Shown in pieces: positions 6,665-14,353 of a DNA stretch of 25,399 bases. The notes under the pieces were generated by a model. That model made no database searches, was not told where the DNA came from, and saw only the letters and a program-made list of their open reading frames with translations. This DNA comes from a virus. Taxonomy: Duplodnaviria; Heunggongvirae; Uroviricota; Caudoviricetes. How positions within the stretch are numbered: the first letter of the stretch is position 1; each line of letters opens with the position of its first letter. The stretch lies in IMG/VR virus record IMGVR_UViG_3300005437_000011. One strand, written 5' to 3'. The position numbers and the translations under genes are program-made.

Positions 6665-8943
6665 TGCTTTCCCTCGCTACCCAGCTCTTGGGGTGCTGGT
6701 GGGTCCAGACCGGCCACCAGCCGATCATCTCCGGCGAGCATGCTGTAATAGGCGTCGCGCCCTCCTTCGTCCCACGGCAACTCAGCAAGGCGTTCGCGTT
6801 CGGCGGTGACCCACGGGTCCAACTCGCGCACTGGCGCCAGAGTCGGCAACATGAGCAAGCGCGCGCCTTCCAGCAAGTGCGGACGTTCACGCTCCAGTTC
6901 CGCCACTCTCCCCTCCGCTGCCTCGGCTCGGGAGGTGGCGGCGGTGAGGGTCTTCTGCAATTGCTCCCACTCGTAAAGCGTGTCGGACTTCGCCCGCTTA
7001 GTCGTTGCGAGTTCGCCCTTCAGCCCCTCCACCTTCGCCAGCGCCTCGTCTCGCTCCTTGATAGCGCGATTGCGGGCCTCCTCCGCGCGCCTCAGGTCTG
7101 CTCGCCACCGGAGCGCGCAGTCTTCGCAGAGGTGTTCCGTGCATGGCGCCTCGTCACCGTTTCGCCCGCACAGGTGGCAGCCTGGCGAGGCGTCGTCCTC
7201 CGCTTGCTCTAGGCGTCTCTGGAGTTCCGCGACCTTCGCCAGCGCCGTATCTCTCGCCTCTGCCAGGCTTGCGTTCGCGGATAGGGCGGCGTCGCGCTCC
7301 AGGTTTGCGTTGGTGACGTGCCCGCGAACGGCCTCTAGTTGGGCTACAACTCGGCCTTCCGCGTTTTGAGCAGCGTTGAGCTCCTCTTTGAGTTGTTCGA
7401 CGCGGGCTAGGGCTTCGTCATGTGCAGCAGCCAGCAGTGCCAGCTGATGCTCGCATTGGTATTGGTGACACTCGGCGCGCGCCAAGGCCCCGTCTCCACG
7501 TCGGAGCATGGGGCAGTCCGTGCGCCCGCAGCCTCCGCACGTGGCCGCTTCCGGGGCTGGTGGCTCTGACGGGGCAGCGTCCGCCTTGTCGTCGTTGTCT
7601 GCGATTTCGACATCGACTAGCGCATGGTTGTATCCAGCAATGAAACCTCGTCGCTGGAACAGACTGGCGATGTCCAGCGGGAGGCCACGCCACGCGGTTT
7701 CACCGTCGAGTTCGCCGCGCTTAGTAGGAGGCTCTACCGGTGGCTCGGCAATGGGGGCGGGCTCCACGTGGATTCTGTGCGGCCCAGCGTGCCCTGCTCG
7801 GAGGTGGCATCCGTAGGTGCCGCCCGAAGCGCCAACTGAGGACCGACATGGCTCCGCCGCGCCCTCTCGGCTACCAAGCGCTGGCTCGCTTTCGTTTCGG
7901 ACCTGAGCAAAGCTCACGCCGTCCAGCGTCTCCAGGTAGTCGGCGCATGCTCGAGCCTTCGCCGCTTCGGTTGAGTGAGCAACGACGACGCGCTGATTAA
8001 TGCTCTCGAAAAACGCGCTCACCTCGTAGCGAAAGCTGATGAGCGGCTCGCTTGCTTCGTCCGCCCAGCGCGCAGGCTCGGCCGGTGGCTCGGCAATGGG
8101 GGTGGCTTCGGGTAGCCATTGCCCGCACGCGCGACACCATGGCCCCATGCTTGATGGGTTCGGTTCGGCGCATTTGCAACGCACGGCACCGGCCCTAAAC
8201 CCTTGCCCCTCTCGGCTACCAGGCGCTGGCTCGGGTGGGGCTCCTTCTGCCCACCTGCGCCCAGCGTCGGACGGGTGGTTGCGCCCCTCTGGCTCGGTCG
8301 ACGGCTCAACCGTGAACCTGTCGATACCCAAAACCTTGCAGCGCGCGCAGTCGGCCCCCGTTGTCGTGGCCGCAAGCTGGCAAGTATGCACCGTCTCGCT
8401 TGTATTTCGTTTATCAGACGCTTGTTCTGTATAAACGTTCCCGGCAATGGGAGCGGGTACATTGGGACACGTCCCTGGTGGACACGGTACTCCGCCACTC
8501 GTGATGTCAGAGCAGTAGCAAGCGGGTGGGTATCCTATCCGCCCCTCCCGCTGATGCTCAGCCAGCCCCTCGAAAAATGGTTTCGCGGTGATCGGGGGTG
8601 ACTTCTCTTGCCCAACCTCCAACGCCTTGAAGGCCCATGTAGGGTGCACGTATTCCAAGTTGCACGCGCGCTTGACCGCGGTCGTTTCAGAAAATGGCCC
8701 ATCGTACAGGGACCAGTTCATGTCCGAGCCACCACGGCGAGCGTATACGTTCCAGCGCTCGTCGGTGTCTGCGGGCGCGGCGGCTGCGGTGTGCCGCTCG
8801 TCGAGGATGGCCGCAGTGAGGCTAAGGAGCGCGCTCTGTATCAGGGTCGCGCCGCACCCGTCAGCTACCCGCGTGGCTACTTCGAAGCATTCGCGCCCAA
8901 ACTTCGGGAGTGGGGGCTTCTCTGATTTCGTTGAGTCAGTCAT
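6661..8943 (-). CDS. Large mosaic protein (760 aa): Cys/His mini-domains between Pro-rich linkers, then a long coiled coil
   Basis: Start moved to ATG 8943 (ATGA overlap with 8940..9143): MTDSTKSEK... Repeated EPA(P/L)GSREG and PIAEPP linkers; several CxxC motifs; heptad-rich C-terminal third. Confidence 0.75.
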   Translation of the reverse strand: MTDSTKSEKPPLPKFGRECFEVATRVADGCGATLIQSALLSLTAAILDERHTAAAAPADTDERWNVYARRGGSDMNWSLYDGPFSETTAVKRACNLEYVHPTWAFKALEVGQEKSPPITAKPFFEGLAEHQREGRIGYPPACYCSDITSGGVPCPPGTCPNVPAPIAGNVYTEQASDKRNTSETVHTCQLAATTTGADCARCKVLGIDRFTVEPSTEPEGRNHPSDAGRRWAEGAPPEPAPGSREGQGFRAGAVRCKCAEPNPSSMGPWCRACGQWLPEATPIAEPPAEPARWADEASEPLISFRYEVSAFFESINQRVVVAHSTEAAKARACADYLETLDGVSFAQVRNESEPALGSREGAAEPCRSSVGASGGTYGCHLRAGHAGPHRIHVEPAPIAEPPVEPPTKRGELDGETAWRGLPLDIASLFQRRGFIAGYNHALVDVEIADNDDKADAAPSEPPAPEAATCGGCGRTDCPMLRRGDGALARAECHQYQCEHQLALLAAAHDEALARVEQLKEELNAAQNAEGRVVAQLEAVRGHVTNANLERDAALSANASLAEARDTALAKVAELQRRLEQAEDDASPGCHLCGRNGDEAPCTEHLCEDCALRWRADLRRAEEARNRAIKERDEALAKVEGLKGELATTKRAKSDTLYEWEQLQKTLTAATSRAEAAEGRVAELERERPHLLEGARLLMLPTLAPVRELDPWVTAERERLAELPWDEGGRDAYYSMLAGDDRLVAGLDPPAPQELGSEGKQ
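7737..8457. repeat. In-frame direct repeats with 345-nt period inside the 760-aa gene
   Basis: ccggtggctcggcaatggggg identical at 7737-7757 and 8082-8102. ccctctcggctacca(a/g)gcgctggctcg at 7862-7888 and 8207-8233 (26/27). Partial third copy cggcaatgggagcggg at 8442-8457. Confidence 0.9.
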
Positions 8944-9143
8944 CGTGGCTTCGCTTTCGTGAGTGTGCGCTGACATAGGACAATCGCGTGGCACAGTTTC
9001 TCTTCTGTGAGCGTGCTGATCCCGCCAGGGAACAGCCGAGCAAAGAACGCTTGCTGCTTCTCCGTGCACTCAGCCAAAAGCAGGGCGCACTCGTCGCGCA
9101 AGGCCTTGAGCTTGATGTCGTCGACGGTTCGGATCGCAACCAT
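8940..9143 (-). CDS. Hypothetical protein
   Basis: 67 aa; its ATG abuts the upstream TGA and its stop overlaps the next start. Confidence 0.7.
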   Translation of the reverse strand: MVAIRTVDDIKLKALRDECALLLAECTEKQQAFFARLFPGGISTLTEEKLCHAIVLCQRTLTKAKPR

Positions 9144-9500
9144 TCACCCCTCGCCTTCTGCCGCACTCGGCTTTGCCGCTCGGTACCAAGACCGCCAAAT
9201 CGGATAACCGAGAAACAGCGCGCAACCGGTCAGGGCGGCGTACGAGTGGTGCGCCACGAAGTACGCGACCCAGAGCAATTCCTTGCCAGCGAAGTACACG
9301 CGCGACCAACGCCAACAGTGAACCTCTGGCGTCGCTAACTTCGCTTGGCGTTCGACCAAGCGATCGGACACTTGCCCGTGCATGAACGAGAGCCAAACCG
9401 CGCCGACGCCCAGCCATTCCGCCGCGTGGTTTCCGCCAATGACTGCAACCAGAGACAGGACGGAGAGAGCGAAGACGGACTCGAGTTGCCAGGTCCTCAC
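9144..9500 (-). CDS. Small integral membrane protein
   Basis: About four hydrophobic, Trp/Tyr-rich segments. GTGA-coupled. Confidence 0.75.
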   Translation of the reverse strand: MRTWQLESVFALSVLSLVAVIGGNHAAEWLGVGAVWLSFMHGQVSDRLVERQAKLATPEVHCWRWSRVYFAGKELLWVAYFVAHHSYAALTGCALFLGYPIWRSWYRAAKPSAAEGEG

Positions 9501-10471
9501 GCTCCACCCTCCGGCTTCTCTGCCGCCCGGAGAGCTAGGAGGGCGTCAAGCTTCACCCATGCCTCAAAGCAACCGAGCTTATAGCCGACGCCTGCGTTTG
9601 AACCGTACCCGTCGTACGTGAGGATTGTCTTATCCCTGACCGAGGAGACAGCATCGACCAGTTGCTGAGCGGCTGCCGTGGAGAGCCCGGAGGCGGCTTT
9701 GGCGGCTGCTAGCTGGGATTCGGCGGACTGGAGCGCGACGCGAATGGAGTCGCGCGCGTTCCGTAATTCGCTTTGAGAATAAAGACTCGGTCCGTCGTCC
9801 GCGAAGTACGTGGCAAGCGTTTCCAGGGCACACTCGCAGTCCATAGGGACCGTTGCGGGTTGCGCGGCCAGCACGGGAACCCCGTAGACAACTCCACATG
9901 CGAAGGCGTGCCGGAATATCTCTCGCGCTTGATCCCCGCTGAATGCACTGTTTTTAAAAGCTTGCTCGACGGCCTCCTCGTTGCTCGGCGCCACACTAGA
10001 CAGTGGCGACATGTCCCGCGGCGGGACAGCGCAGTATGGGTTTGCCGGCTCCGGCAGGGCACTAATTAGCTCTACGCTGCGCTTTCGCTCGGCCGCCGCC
10101 ATCTCAGCGATGCCGCTGGCGAACTCGGCCGCGAACGCCCGCGTCATCTTCAGGGCGACCGCGTTGTCTCCGGCAAACTCGCTCGCCGTTTTTGCTAGTA
10201 GTTTGCCTGTGCCCTCCAGAGCCAGGGCGAGCCAATGCGCTTCGGCCGCCCTGTGCACAGGGCTCTCCTTGTCGAGCGCAGCGTCATACCCCTCACGCCA
10301 AGAGGCGGCCTTCGCCTCTGCTAGCTCGAGGCGGAGACGGTCCAGCGTCAGCGCCATGCAATCGTCAGCGCCAACGGGGTGCCAATTTCTGGCGCATGGC
10401 CCTTTCGGGCTGATGGCGCATGGCATTCGGGTGGCGATGGGGCTCCCGCAATCAGGGCAATGGTCGGTCAT
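9497..10471 (-). CDS. Mosaic hypothetical protein with N-terminal CPDC Zn module and helical segments
   Basis: 324 aa, ATGA-coupled. N-terminus is paralogous to 18161..18502. Confidence 0.75.
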   Translation of the reverse strand: MTDHCPDCGSPIATRMPCAISPKGPCARNWHPVGADDCMALTLDRLRLELAEAKAASWREGYDAALDKESPVHRAAEAHWLALALEGTGKLLAKTASEFAGDNAVALKMTRAFAAEFASGIAEMAAAERKRSVELISALPEPANPYCAVPPRDMSPLSSVAPSNEEAVEQAFKNSAFSGDQAREIFRHAFACGVVYGVPVLAAQPATVPMDCECALETLATYFADDGPSLYSQSELRNARDSIRVALQSAESQLAAAKAASGLSTAAAQQLVDAVSSVRDKTILTYDGYGSNAGVGYKLGCFEAWVKLDALLALRAAEKPEGGA

Positions 10472-10665
10472 GAATTACCTTTAGCGAACCGGCGCGCGCG
10501 CTTGGCTGCCCAGGTTACGGATGCCAGGATGGTCCCGTCGTCGCGGGCGATGGCTCGGTCGTAGCTCGCTCGGCAGTCGTCGCACCACCCGATTACGGAG
10601 CGCTTCCTGCCGCAGATAGCGCAGACCTTGCGACCGCGTCCCAGCTTCGGAGTGAGGCCGCTCAC
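10468..10665 (-). CDS. Small basic Zn-finger protein
   Basis: CAICG...WCDDC; coupled on both sides. Confidence 0.7.
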   Translation of the reverse strand: MSGLTPKLGRGRKVCAICGRKRSVIGWCDDCRASYDRAIARDDGTILASVTWAAKRARRFAKGNS

Positions 10666-10853
10666 GCTACCACCTTCACCAGTCGCGCCGTTTCAACCAA
10701 CGCCGCTTGATGCTCTACTGCATTCATCTCAGCTCCTATGTGGACCAGTGCCACGGCGGTGTTCAGGTACGCGGCGAGCCGGTTGCCTGATTGGAGTTTT
10801 GCGAGCGCGAAGGTCAGGTCTTTCTCGGCGTCTCGGAGGCGGGAGTGCTTCAT
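10662..10853 (-). CDS. Hypothetical protein
   Basis: 63 aa, coupled on both sides. Confidence 0.65.
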   Translation of the reverse strand: MKHSRLRDAEKDLTFALAKLQSGNRLAAYLNTAVALVHIGAEMNAVEHQAALVETARLVKVVA

Positions 10854-11134
10854 GGTTTCTCCTTATCGCGAGCGAGGTAGCCGGCTTTCCACGACGGCCC
10901 GGCGAGCTTGATTTGCTCAAGCTCAGGGATGGCTTCCCACGCCCGCTCGGCTCGTTCCTCTGGTGAGAGCGGAGGAGCTGAGACGGGTTCCGTCGCTTCG
11001 TCTTCTTGGCCCCGCGTTTTCGCGCAAAGCTCGATTGCGGCATCTAGCCCATGCTTCTGGATGAGTCGCAGAGCCGTTGAATAGGCGACGCCATAGTTAT
11101 CGCGCAGCCGTTTCGCGTCCTTATTAAGGCTCAT
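10850..11134 (-). CDS. Hypothetical protein
   Basis: 94 aa, coupled on both sides; N-terminal AKRLRDNYGVAYSTALR helical motif. Confidence 0.7.
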   Translation of the reverse strand: MSLNKDAKRLRDNYGVAYSTALRLIQKHGLDAAIELCAKTRGQEDEATEPVSAPPLSPEERAERAWEAIPELEQIKLAGPSWKAGYLARDKEKP

Positions 11135-11316
11135 TCTTCCTCGAAAAGCAGCTCAAGTTCGCCGACGTCACCGTCGACCTCGTCACATCGCCACTCGCAG
11201 TCGCCGCGCTTGATCATTGCCCGCGCCTTGGCTTCCGAAGAGGCTTCCACGTTGCACGTCACCGACACGGTCGCTGTGCCGCCAAACGTGAACACCTTCT
11301 TGCCCTCGGCGCTCAC
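11131..11316 (-). CDS. Small acidic hypothetical protein
   Basis: Start moved to GTG 11316 (GTGA overlap); VTCNVEASSEAKARAMI pattern. Confidence 0.65.
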   Translation of the reverse strand: MSAEGKKVFTFGGTATVSVTCNVEASSEAKARAMIKRGDCEWRCDEVDGDVGELELLFEEE

Positions 11317-11801
11317 GTCTGCACCACGGGAGGCGATGGCACCGCTTCGCGATAATGCGTCACATTCGAAATTGACCACCCGTGCGCGCCGTCGCGCCAG
11401 TCAGCTTCGGTCTCGGCGTCCCAAACGATGGCATCGGTGAAAATGTCGTAGGTGTCGTCGCTGAGCGGGACAGCGAACAGGTAGATTTGCCCTTCCTTGA
11501 TTGGGGTAGCGTCGTCGAAAAAGAACGGCTTCCACTCCCCCGCAGCCCGTAGGCTTCGAAGCTCTGCCAGTAGCGACTCGAAGCTGTTGCGCATAGCGAC
11601 GATGAGCGCCGCGTCCGCCTCAAGCCAGACGATTGCCTCATCGTCAGCGGTTAACCCGAGCAGACTGCCTTGACCGTCAGCATCGCTGATAAGGCTAGGC
11701 TCGTCCTGGATTGGGCGCCGCCACGGCCCAGGCGTAGCAGCTCGAGCCACTTGCTCAAGGGCGTCCAGGTCTAGCGGGGTGGGGTCAGTCAGGTCAGGCA
11801 T
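11313..11801 (-). CDS. Ead/Ea22-like phage protein with extra C-terminal domain
   Basis: LDALEQVARAATPGPW...DAALIVAMRN...LLAELRSLR is the Ead/Ea22-type signature. Start at ATG 11801 overlaps the upstream stop. Confidence 0.75.
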   Translation of the reverse strand: MPDLTDPTPLDLDALEQVARAATPGPWRRPIQDEPSLISDADGQGSLLGLTADDEAIVWLEADAALIVAMRNSFESLLAELRSLRAAGEWKPFFFDDATPIKEGQIYLFAVPLSDDTYDIFTDAIVWDAETEADWRDGAHGWSISNVTHYREAVPSPPVVQT

Positions 11802-12168
11802 TGGCCCCTCGGATGCGCTGAAGGCTGGCAATGGGCGACTCTGTTCGGCCCGTGGCTCCCTTCGCGATGCTCAGCGACTCGCCGAACCTGGCAATCGCGC
11901 GGGCCACATACTCGGGCAGGTACACCTCGATCGCCGCATCGCCACGTTCGAACTCTTCAGCTTCACGCAGCTGCGGGTGTTGCGCGAAGACAGCCTCTGA
12001 CAGCTCGCGCCAGAGCGCCTTGTCCGCGAATTCGTGGGTCCAGATTGAGCTGCCTCTCACGTGCTCCGCTAGCTCGTGCATGTCGCCGAATCCACCCGCT
12101 TTCAGCAGAACGCCGGTTGTCAGCGAGAGCACGATTTCGGTCGGGAACGTTTTCGGGTCAGGCATCAT
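11794..12168 (-). CDS. Phage hypothetical protein
   Basis: Start moved to ATG 12168 (TAATG overlap with the micro-ORF). LSLTTGVLL...GDMHELAEH...IWTHE...QHPQL. Confidence 0.75.
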   Translation of the reverse strand: MMPDPKTFPTEIVLSLTTGVLLKAGGFGDMHELAEHVRGSSIWTHEFADKALWRELSEAVFAQHPQLREAEEFERGDAAIEVYLPEYVARAIARFGESLSIAKGATGRTESPIASLQRIRGANA

Positions 12169-12239
12169 TAGCTCACTTTCGGATAGCAACAACGCATCGG
12201 GCATGTGCAGCGCCGGTATCGGCAAACGGGGCAAATCAC
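12168..12239 (-). CDS. 23-aa Cys-rich microprotein (MICPVCRYRRCTCPMRCCYPKVS)
   Basis: Below the ORF-track cutoff. GTG overlaps the upstream TGA (GTGA), TAA overlaps the downstream ATG (TAATG), and it exactly fills the gap. 6 Cys. Confidence 0.55.
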   Translation of the reverse strand: MICPVCRYRRCTCPMRCCYPKVS

Positions 12240-12619
12240 AGCAGCGGCTCCACAGGATTCTTCACGTCTCGAATCCAATCCAGCACGCAAGCGACGGTCA
12301 TCTCAGGCGTCCCATGGGGCTCCCTCTTCCCGAGGGCGAAGTGCAGCGAGTCAATCAGCTCGCAGAGCCGCACGACGCGGGCTTCGAGCTTTGCGGTGTA
12401 GTCGGCTGATTCGCGCTTCGCGTTATGCTCAGCGGTGGCGAGGGCCTTTGCGATGGCGTCCAGCGAGCGGACGAAGTCACCTGTTTCTGCCGCTACACCA
12501 GTCTCAATCCATTGGCGCGCCCACGCTCGCGGCGTGGACACCCACGGGCTTCTAGCGAACAGCGCCACAGCTCGGTGATCTCGCGTCACCACTGGCTCGG
12601 CTTCTGAGGATTCGGTCAC
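12236..12619 (-). CDS. Hypothetical protein with coiled-coil segment
   Basis: 127 aa, GTGA-coupled. Confidence 0.7.
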   Translation of the reverse strand: MTESSEAEPVVTRDHRAVALFARSPWVSTPRAWARQWIETGVAAETGDFVRSLDAIAKALATAEHNAKRESADYTAKLEARVVRLCELIDSLHFALGKREPHGTPEMTVACVLDWIRDVKNPVEPLL

Positions 12620-12879
12620 AGCGACCCCGCCACATAAACCTGGTGCTGCGTCGCGAGCCGAGTATCAGGGATGCGCCGAATCTCCCCAAGTTCTTCGAGC
12701 CGGTCAACGCAGGCGAGCATCGCCCAAGAGCTCCCGCCGCAGCCCTCCCAAAGCTTTTCCATTTGGACGGCGCCAGCAATGGCGAGCAGACGCTTGGCAT
12801 TGTCGCGGATTTTCAAGAACATCACCTGGCCCGCTTCGGTGAAGACTGCTGAGCGTTCGGTGGCGTAGGAGTAGCTCAC
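12616..12879 (-). CDS. Hypothetical protein, possibly winged-helix
   Basis: 87 aa; SWAMLACVDRLEELGEIRRI pattern. Confidence 0.7.
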   Translation of the reverse strand: MSYSYATERSAVFTEAGQVMFLKIRDNAKRLLAIAGAVQMEKLWEGCGGSSWAMLACVDRLEELGEIRRIPDTRLATQHQVYVAGSL

Positions 12880-13052
12880 GTGTAGTGTCCCTTCGCTTGT
12901 TCACGAGCGGCGTTTAGCTCGACCAATAGAACCCCACCCACCCCACCGGGGCGTCCAACCAACGCCGCTGGAGAGCATCCCCCGCGGCGCTTTCCGGCTG
13001 TCACCATCCCAGCTGCCGGTCCGATGGAATGGGTGGGAGAGTTTGCTTTCAC
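12876..13052 (-). CDS. Possible 58-aa ORF overlapping a structured RNA-like segment
   Basis: GTG 13052 and TGA 12876 overlap both neighbours by 4 nt, but the product (MKANSPTHSIGPAAG...GHYT) is Gly-rich and featureless. Confidence 0.3.
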   Translation of the reverse strand: MKANSPTHSIGPAAGMVTAGKRRGGCSPAALVGRPGGVGGVLLVELNAAREQAKGHYT

Positions 13053-13801
13053 CGGGCGTTGCCCTTGGTGTCGACTCGGACGCTGCGGCCCGAGCTCATG
13101 TCGAACACACCGATGGTGGGCTCCAGAGCGCGTCTGAAGTCGGGCGAAAGCTGCACCGCGGAGCCAGGCCCGGTGACGAGCTGCATCCTACGCAGGTCGG
13201 CGAGCGCCTGCCCGACTGTGCCTGAGCCGCGCGAGACGCCGAGCGCATCCGCAATGTCTGCGCTCGACACGGGATGATGGAGTGGCCGAAGGTACCGAAG
13301 CACGCGTTCGGCGCCACCGCCGAGCTTTTGGCACCAGAAGAGGAAGAGCGCCTGCCCGGCGGGTAGCGCCGCATACTCGCCTAGCGCTTCGAGCCCCGCC
13401 CCATTGATTGTAACAGCAGAGCCAGGGCCGTTGATGAGGCCGTCGCGACGCAGGTCCGCCAGTCCTTGACCAATGGTTCCCGAGCCCTTGCTCACACCAA
13501 GCCAGAACGCGAGTTGCGCGGAACTCAACGGGCGAGCGAGCTGAGCGAGCGCAACAAGGATCTTGCGCTGCGTCTTTGTGAGGCCTTCGGACTGCGCCTC
13601 GGCGTCCACCACGGCGAGCGGCTTCTGTTTTCGTGCCTTGGGCATAGGCTTCGCGAATGGCGCAGGAAACTCGATACCCGAGTCATCACGGAGCAAGTTT
13701 TTCTTGTCGCCCGTCAGCCGCAGCGCAGCCGCTACCACCTGGCAGGCCCGCCCGAGTTCATCGAAGGCGTGAGCCAGAACCTCTTCGTGCTCCGTGCTCA
13801 T
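13049..13801 (-). CDS. Protein with two tandem winged-helix DNA-binding domains
   Basis: RPLSSAQLAFWLGVSKGSGTIGQGLADLRRDGLINGPGSAV repeated 86 aa later as HPVSSADIADALGVSRGSGTVGQALADLRRMQLVTGPGSAV. Confidence 0.8.
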   Translation of the reverse strand: MSTEHEEVLAHAFDELGRACQVVAAALRLTGDKKNLLRDDSGIEFPAPFAKPMPKARKQKPLAVVDAEAQSEGLTKTQRKILVALAQLARPLSSAQLAFWLGVSKGSGTIGQGLADLRRDGLINGPGSAVTINGAGLEALGEYAALPAGQALFLFWCQKLGGGAERVLRYLRPLHHPVSSADIADALGVSRGSGTVGQALADLRRMQLVTGPGSAVQLSPDFRRALEPTIGVFDMSSGRSVRVDTKGNAR

Positions 13802-14328
13802 TACGGGATCGTCACCCCGAGCGCCTTACGCGCCCGTGCTGTGCTCGTGAGGCGAATGGGTCTCCCCTCGCCCTTCAGCCATCCCTTGCGCACTAGGGGA
13901 GCGGTGTCGGGGGTGCCGCTGCACTTGCCTTCGAGTTCGAGACGGAGCGGCCCGAAGCCAAAGGCTCTCTCGTGCGAGAGAACCCAAAGCATGGCCGAAA
14001 GCTGTTCCGCGCTGATGCCGAGTTCGTCCTTCACGGCAGCGGAGCGAAACCCTCCCACCTCGCACCGGCATGGGCGAAGGCGCCCATCGTCTCGGCCGTC
14101 AAACAACGCGTTGAGCACCGAGGAATTCACCGGCTTTTTCTGCTCACACTTCGGGCACACGAGCTCCCATCGACGGTGGCTATCCACCGCGGCGAGCGGG
14201 CGAGTGATTCGGTAACCGAGCACCTCTCCGCCGGCATAGTTCACGTACTCAAGCTTCCGGACTGGCGCGTAGCGGGAGCCGGGGACGATTGCTGTGCGTC
14301 GGGAGTCGTAGCGGGCGGTGGCGCTCAT
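13801..14328 (-). CDS. Zn-binding + helix-turn-helix hypothetical protein
   Basis: Start moved to ATG 14328 (GGAG upstream). CPKC...CRC, then ELGISAEQL...LVRKGWL. Confidence 0.65.
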   Translation of the reverse strand: MSATARYDSRRTAIVPGSRYAPVRKLEYVNYAGGEVLGYRITRPLAAVDSHRRWELVCPKCEQKKPVNSSVLNALFDGRDDGRLRPCRCEVGGFRSAAVKDELGISAEQLSAMLWVLSHERAFGFGPLRLELEGKCSGTPDTAPLVRKGWLKGEGRPIRLTSTARARKALGVTIP

Positions 14329-14353
14329 AGTGAACTCCGCGGGTAACCTGTTG

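Noticed and set aside
7737-8457. CRISPR array or DGR template/variable repeat pair
   Set aside because: The repeats are in frame within a gene, alternate between two types, and are 345 nt apart. Inserts are unrelated rather than adenine-mutated, and no cas or reverse transcriptase gene is in the window.
8944-9069. N-terminal extension making the large ORF 802 aa
   Set aside because: It overlaps the coupled 67-aa gene 8940..9143; the ATGA overlap at 8943 is the better start.
12932-12950. G-quadruplex on the minus strand (GGTGGGGTGGGTGGGG)
   Set aside because: Only three tracts of three or more G, and the stretch is equally explained by pairing with 13030-13037.
13855-13875. Third CTCCCCT hairpin copy on the plus strand
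   Set aside because: It lies inside a coding region (KGEGRP) on the opposite strand and lacks the GCYG/CRGC stem.
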